Shown here: positions 59,801-64,000 of the stretch, one piece after another
How positions within the stretch are numbered: the first letter of the stretch is position 1
How the letters are laid out: each line of letters begins with the position of its first letter
From: Macrostomum lignano
Lineage: Eukaryota
Assembly: GCA_002269645.1 (NCBI GenBank)
Contig: NIVC01002656.1
Coordinates: 1-64,000 of the forward strand
DNA: 64,000 bases
Direction of reading: 5' to 3'
Notes under the pieces: generated by a model
Databases searched by the model: none
The model's input: the letters and a program-made list of their open reading frames with translations, nothing else
Told to the model about the DNA's origin: nothing
Program-made: the position numbers and the translations under genes

Positions 59801-60781
59801 ATCCAACAAGGAAATCGTCTTGCCCCGAAATCTTTCTTTTAGACAATCTACCACAGAATATCTCACCATGAGAATTCCACAAAAATAAAAATGAGTTGTC
59901 AGTAACTTCTCATCTCTGCAATGTGTTTCCAAGAATTCGCCACTTTCGACTCTGGCCACTCCCGGATCCGACAGAGTTGAGGCATCGTGCTAGTTATAAC
60001 AAAATTATCAAAATATGGTAAATAAGATATTATAACATTTTCACATTCAAAATGTCTTACATATTCTCTGTTACTAATTTAACAATGTCCAATTATAGTC
60101 ATTTCATTGCTATACATATGCATAAGTATTAATGCAGTGCAGCTAGCTAGTATTTGCTGATCAGCCTATTATTCAAGCGTTTATAAATTAAGGTGTTTAT
60201 TTATGATAGAAATTTCAGCAACGAGAAACTGAATTCGGACTGAATTTCAGCATTCAGTCCGATTACCCTTTGAATGGCTTTTCCCATATTGAATGACCAA
60301 AGTTATAGTCTATGGCCAAGCCTCCCTCAGTAGACTTTGCTAAACTGCTAAAGTCCATGACTAGGGTGAGACCTGTGGCCTGGCTTGAATGTCTATGGCG
60401 TCCCGTTTTAATTGTCCAAATTAGATCGTCAAAAGCGATATTAAACTTGAATATATATTTGAAACTCGTATCGTCAGTGCATAAAGTATGATCTAAAGAA
60501 TGTATAGCGCTGGATAGGATTTATCCGATTTTTTATATTCTATGCTCATTTCTAAAAAATGAGAGTCTTTCAGCTACTTCGGCTGTCCATGCATCTACAT
60601 GTATATGTACATACACCGAGTACGCACATACAGTAAAAATATGACCCACAAATGGGGGTTTGCAATTGCAAAGCAAAAAAAAACAGGAATCTATCATAAA
60701 AAACAGCTAGTCAAAGTGAAAGCAGGCAAAATGTAAGATACACATGTACATGCACTACTGTTTGGGTAGTTTGGGTAACTG

Positions 60782-63770
60782 TCAGTTGATCCTATTCACC
60801 ATCTCAAAAGTTGTGAAACTTCGCTGGACCCAAGGTGAGGAGCCGTTAACTTTGATATTACTTGCTTCTTTAAATAATGTGGACGATGCTAAGCCTTTCT
60901 TTTGAACTGCGGGAAGCTTCAGTCGAGTTGTCGAAGGTGTCGACTGGTTCGACAAAACGCAGCCTCCGCCGTGCAGCTTGTCGAATCTGCCGGAGGAATT
61001 GATCTGCAGCCGGCGCACCGTCGCCAACACTTCGCCGCGTCGCCAACGCTTCCAGTCGGTCTGGCCCTGACAGGCCCGGCGAAGACGCTTATCCGACGGC
61101 TGTTGGACGGCGGCGACAGTGGCAGCTGCTGTTGCGGCGTCGGGAGTCAGGACCGACATCAGGGTGGCTCGGGAGACGGCCAACACGTGGCAGCCACGGC
61201 TCACCAAGCGGAAAGCGCGAGTGGCGTCTGGACCGGCGGCCAGGCCCTAAACAGAATTGAACAGATTTGTAATTACAGTTTGATTGAGACTTAGCGTTAC
61301 AGTGAAAGTTTAGCTCCATGCAGAGTGTACAAAAGCCGCAGTGCAAACAAAACTATATGAAATTTTATAGCCACAAGTATATATCAACTCAAGCTTTGAA
61401 ACCGAAGCGAGGGACTCGGTGTGGCATAAAGTTGCATTTCTCTAGTTGACTTGGTCGGACTTCGGGCGTCTTTCCAGTGCCACATCCCCTTTTGATGAAC
61501 TCATAGAATTTAAACTTTTCAAAGCATCTTACGATCATGCAACTCACAAAAGCATTGCCGGGCACCAGACGGCCAACTTTAGCCATGAGGCAGTCGGGCT
61601 CGTTTAGCAGTCTGTAGCAGTCGGCTGAACCGGACATTAGAATCCAGACGCAGTCGGTTCGACGCGAGTCCGACACAATCTGACAGCCGTCCAGATAGTC
61701 CAGCTGAACGCAACTGCTGGCAAGGCTGTTGATCTTAGCCTCAGCCGGTTCGGGCTCGACAGACTGCGGTTCTGACTCCGTCTCGGTGCGAGATCCGTCT
61801 TCACTGACAGCTGGCTGACGTCTAGCTGGTGACGCGAGGCTTGACAGTAGTGGCACACGTCTGAAGATTGTTGGACGTTTTTCTAGGATAAACGATTGTT
61901 GATTCTCATTATCTGAAATAAAACTATTGATCAAACGGTACCTATCGTGCAAAAAAGCCTGACGATGGACGCAACCCTGAGCCCGATCAAAATCTGATAA
62001 CTTGTAAACGTAGTTTTAAAAGCTTTTGCGTCTAACATCAATCAGTTCGGTTGTAAAAAAAATTTACGACATTTTCCGTGAATACTCATTGGATTTAGTT
62101 TCAATCAATTCATGGAATATTGCTATAAATACCTTAAAAATTGAGCAGTCTGCTCAACTCTAGCCCTAAAGTACGCAGCCAGACCAGACTCAGTGAAGCA
62201 CTCATCGTAGATGATTAGCAACTCCGTCAGCTGCGTCTCCGTAGTGACGGTGGCATTTCGATTTGTCTCCAAAAGCAACGCTCTCTCGCCGAATGCGTCG
62301 CCTTTGCGCAGGCGAACGGACTCTGAGCCGGCGTCCGTGCTGGCCGCCGTTCTGACCACGACACCGCCCGAGAAGATCATGTAAAATGAGTAGCCGATGT
62401 GGCCCTCGCGAAGTACGTCGCGGCCCTTCTCTAGCCTGGGGAGGCAGAATTGTTTTATTTAAAATCTATCACATGTAATTGATGGTAAAATAGTATTATC
62501 TTACCACGTAAGCAAACCGTCGCTAGCAAATGGGTACATAATTTAATTACACCGATTGATATTCACCCGACGTACATGTATATCATCGTCAGCTGTAAAA
62601 ATAGCTAAAAATAGCCATTTGCCAGTGACGACCTTTGACATTAGCAATGTCGGGTACGTCGATAGACATTGGAATGTTGCACGGGTTAGTGTGACTAGTG
62701 GAAGAATAAGAACAAACGAAGGACTCCGAATAATGTGTCAATTTTATTGACTCTATTTTTTTACGTTAAATTCATTACAGAGATCATTACATCGAACCGT
62801 TTTGGCGGTTAAATCTCGATTGTGTTTCTATAACTATTTTTAATTTTAAGAATGTCTATAAGCTTCCGAATCAATTCATAGACCTTAATTGACTGAGAAT
62901 CATTCATTACGAGTATTATCTAATTGAATTTTACACGTTCGTAAGTCACGGAACAACTTAAGTCTAAGTAGTTTAAGTCTAACGACGCTACACCTACAAA
63001 ATGTGCAAATTTCACCTGAGGCAAATTTCATCGCTAAACGCAGTGAGAAAGAAGCTTTTAGTTAGCACTAAACTGACCATATCTCATATTTTCAAGACTT
63101 CTGCATTGCAAATAAAACAAGTGTTACAAGTTCTATTTCAGCCCGTACATGTAGTTATTACAAGCTATAAATACTATGCCTACTATGTACATGTATGTTC
63201 GTGAAGCTGTATCCTTCGAAGTTTTTTCAGTGTTGACTATATAGATAATTTATATCTGACCAACCTCATGTAGAAGGCCTGCTCAGACAGTAGTTGCAGC
63301 ACCTGCTCCGGCAGTCGTCTGCAAAACTTCAACTGTCGCATCAGCGTCCTGATACAGTCGACATCATCGCTTGTTCGATGCTGCGGCAGGCGCAGCACGG
63401 GCCCGATTGCGTACCTGGGCCAGCGGTACTCATCGCCGGTACTAAATCGATACTCGGCAGCGTCGAATTCCAGGTAGCCATCGGATTCTGAGTAGAACCT
63501 GGCCAGACTTGGCTGCTGCTGCGCCACTGTGGCAGCCGCTGTCGATAGGGGCGCGTGGACGCCGGCTTCGCGGGCGCACTGGGAGAAAGCCAGACTGACT
63601 CGGCAGAGCACCCGAACAACGGTGGCTTTACGACGGAGCAGGCCCTGCAGCTCATGCCGGTGCTTTCAACTCGGTTGTTGATCGTCAAGCTTCTGCTGCA
63701 ACTGCGTCTGGTTTTGTGGCACTCCGGCTCGCTGCTGTTCAACATCACTTTGCTGCTTTTGTTGTTGTAC
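60782..63770 (-). CDS. CNBD2: CNBD2-like protein with two cNMP-binding domains; exons 63770-63265, 62435-62133, 61860-61548, 61246-60782; the 5' end may lie beyond the window
   Basis: LRLPQHRTSDDVD...RRLPEQVLQLLSEQAFYMR|LEKGRDVLREGHIGYSFYMIFSGGV...KGDAFGERALL...RNATV...FLR|RVPLLSSL...WILMSGSA...GNAF|GL...LVSRGC. Splice phases match (2,2,0); total 1587 nt. One in-frame TGA at 63668-63666. Confidence 0.75.
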
Positions 63771-64000
63771 CTACAGTTTTAAAATATTGAAACGTAGAAC
63801 GTAGCATGCCATATAAGCGTAGAGCAAATAAAGAATTATGCGCTAATTATAGCTATAAATTCCTGTCGCTTCTAATGAGATTCGAGTCGAAGTTTTTCTA
63901 CTGCGCAATGTTTTTTGGTCAGCCTTTTTCTGCCAAAATTCTTAGAAACTTCTCTTCGTCTTAAGCCTCTTAAGCTTTGTGTCGTACGTTGACCCAGCTA

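Overview
Eukaryotic (metazoan) genomic DNA with GC-rich, polyQ-rich exons and introns largely filled by minisatellites. This architecture suggests a flatworm such as Macrostomum, but that is inference. Genes supported from sequence: the 3' end of TTC8/BBS8 (one exon carries a frameshift and a stop); a neuropeptide precursor with 16 copies of APFW; a small secreted CUB-like protein; a small secreted WSC protein; a thioredoxin-like protein; PTF1A; an intronless Q-rich protein with a degenerate KH-like domain; a 12-exon CCDC158-like gene; a degenerate GT31 glycosyltransferase; and a CNBD2-like gene. Mobile elements: a decayed Ty3/Gypsy LTR element, an apparently intact Chapaev (RAG1-related) DNA transposon, a CORE-SINE, a solo LTR, an internally deleted mariner, a hAT end and two foldback-like elements. 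Highlights: (1) the Chapaev element sits inside the first coding exon of PTF1A, and its terminal inverted repeats contain GT/AG sites that would splice it out in frame; (2) the non-amidated APFW neuropeptide precursor varies only at synonymous sites; (3) reverse-complementary minisatellite arrays flank a CCDC158 exon, a circRNA/dsRNA-type layout. All coordinates, splice phases and alignments were worked out by eye; no database searches were run.
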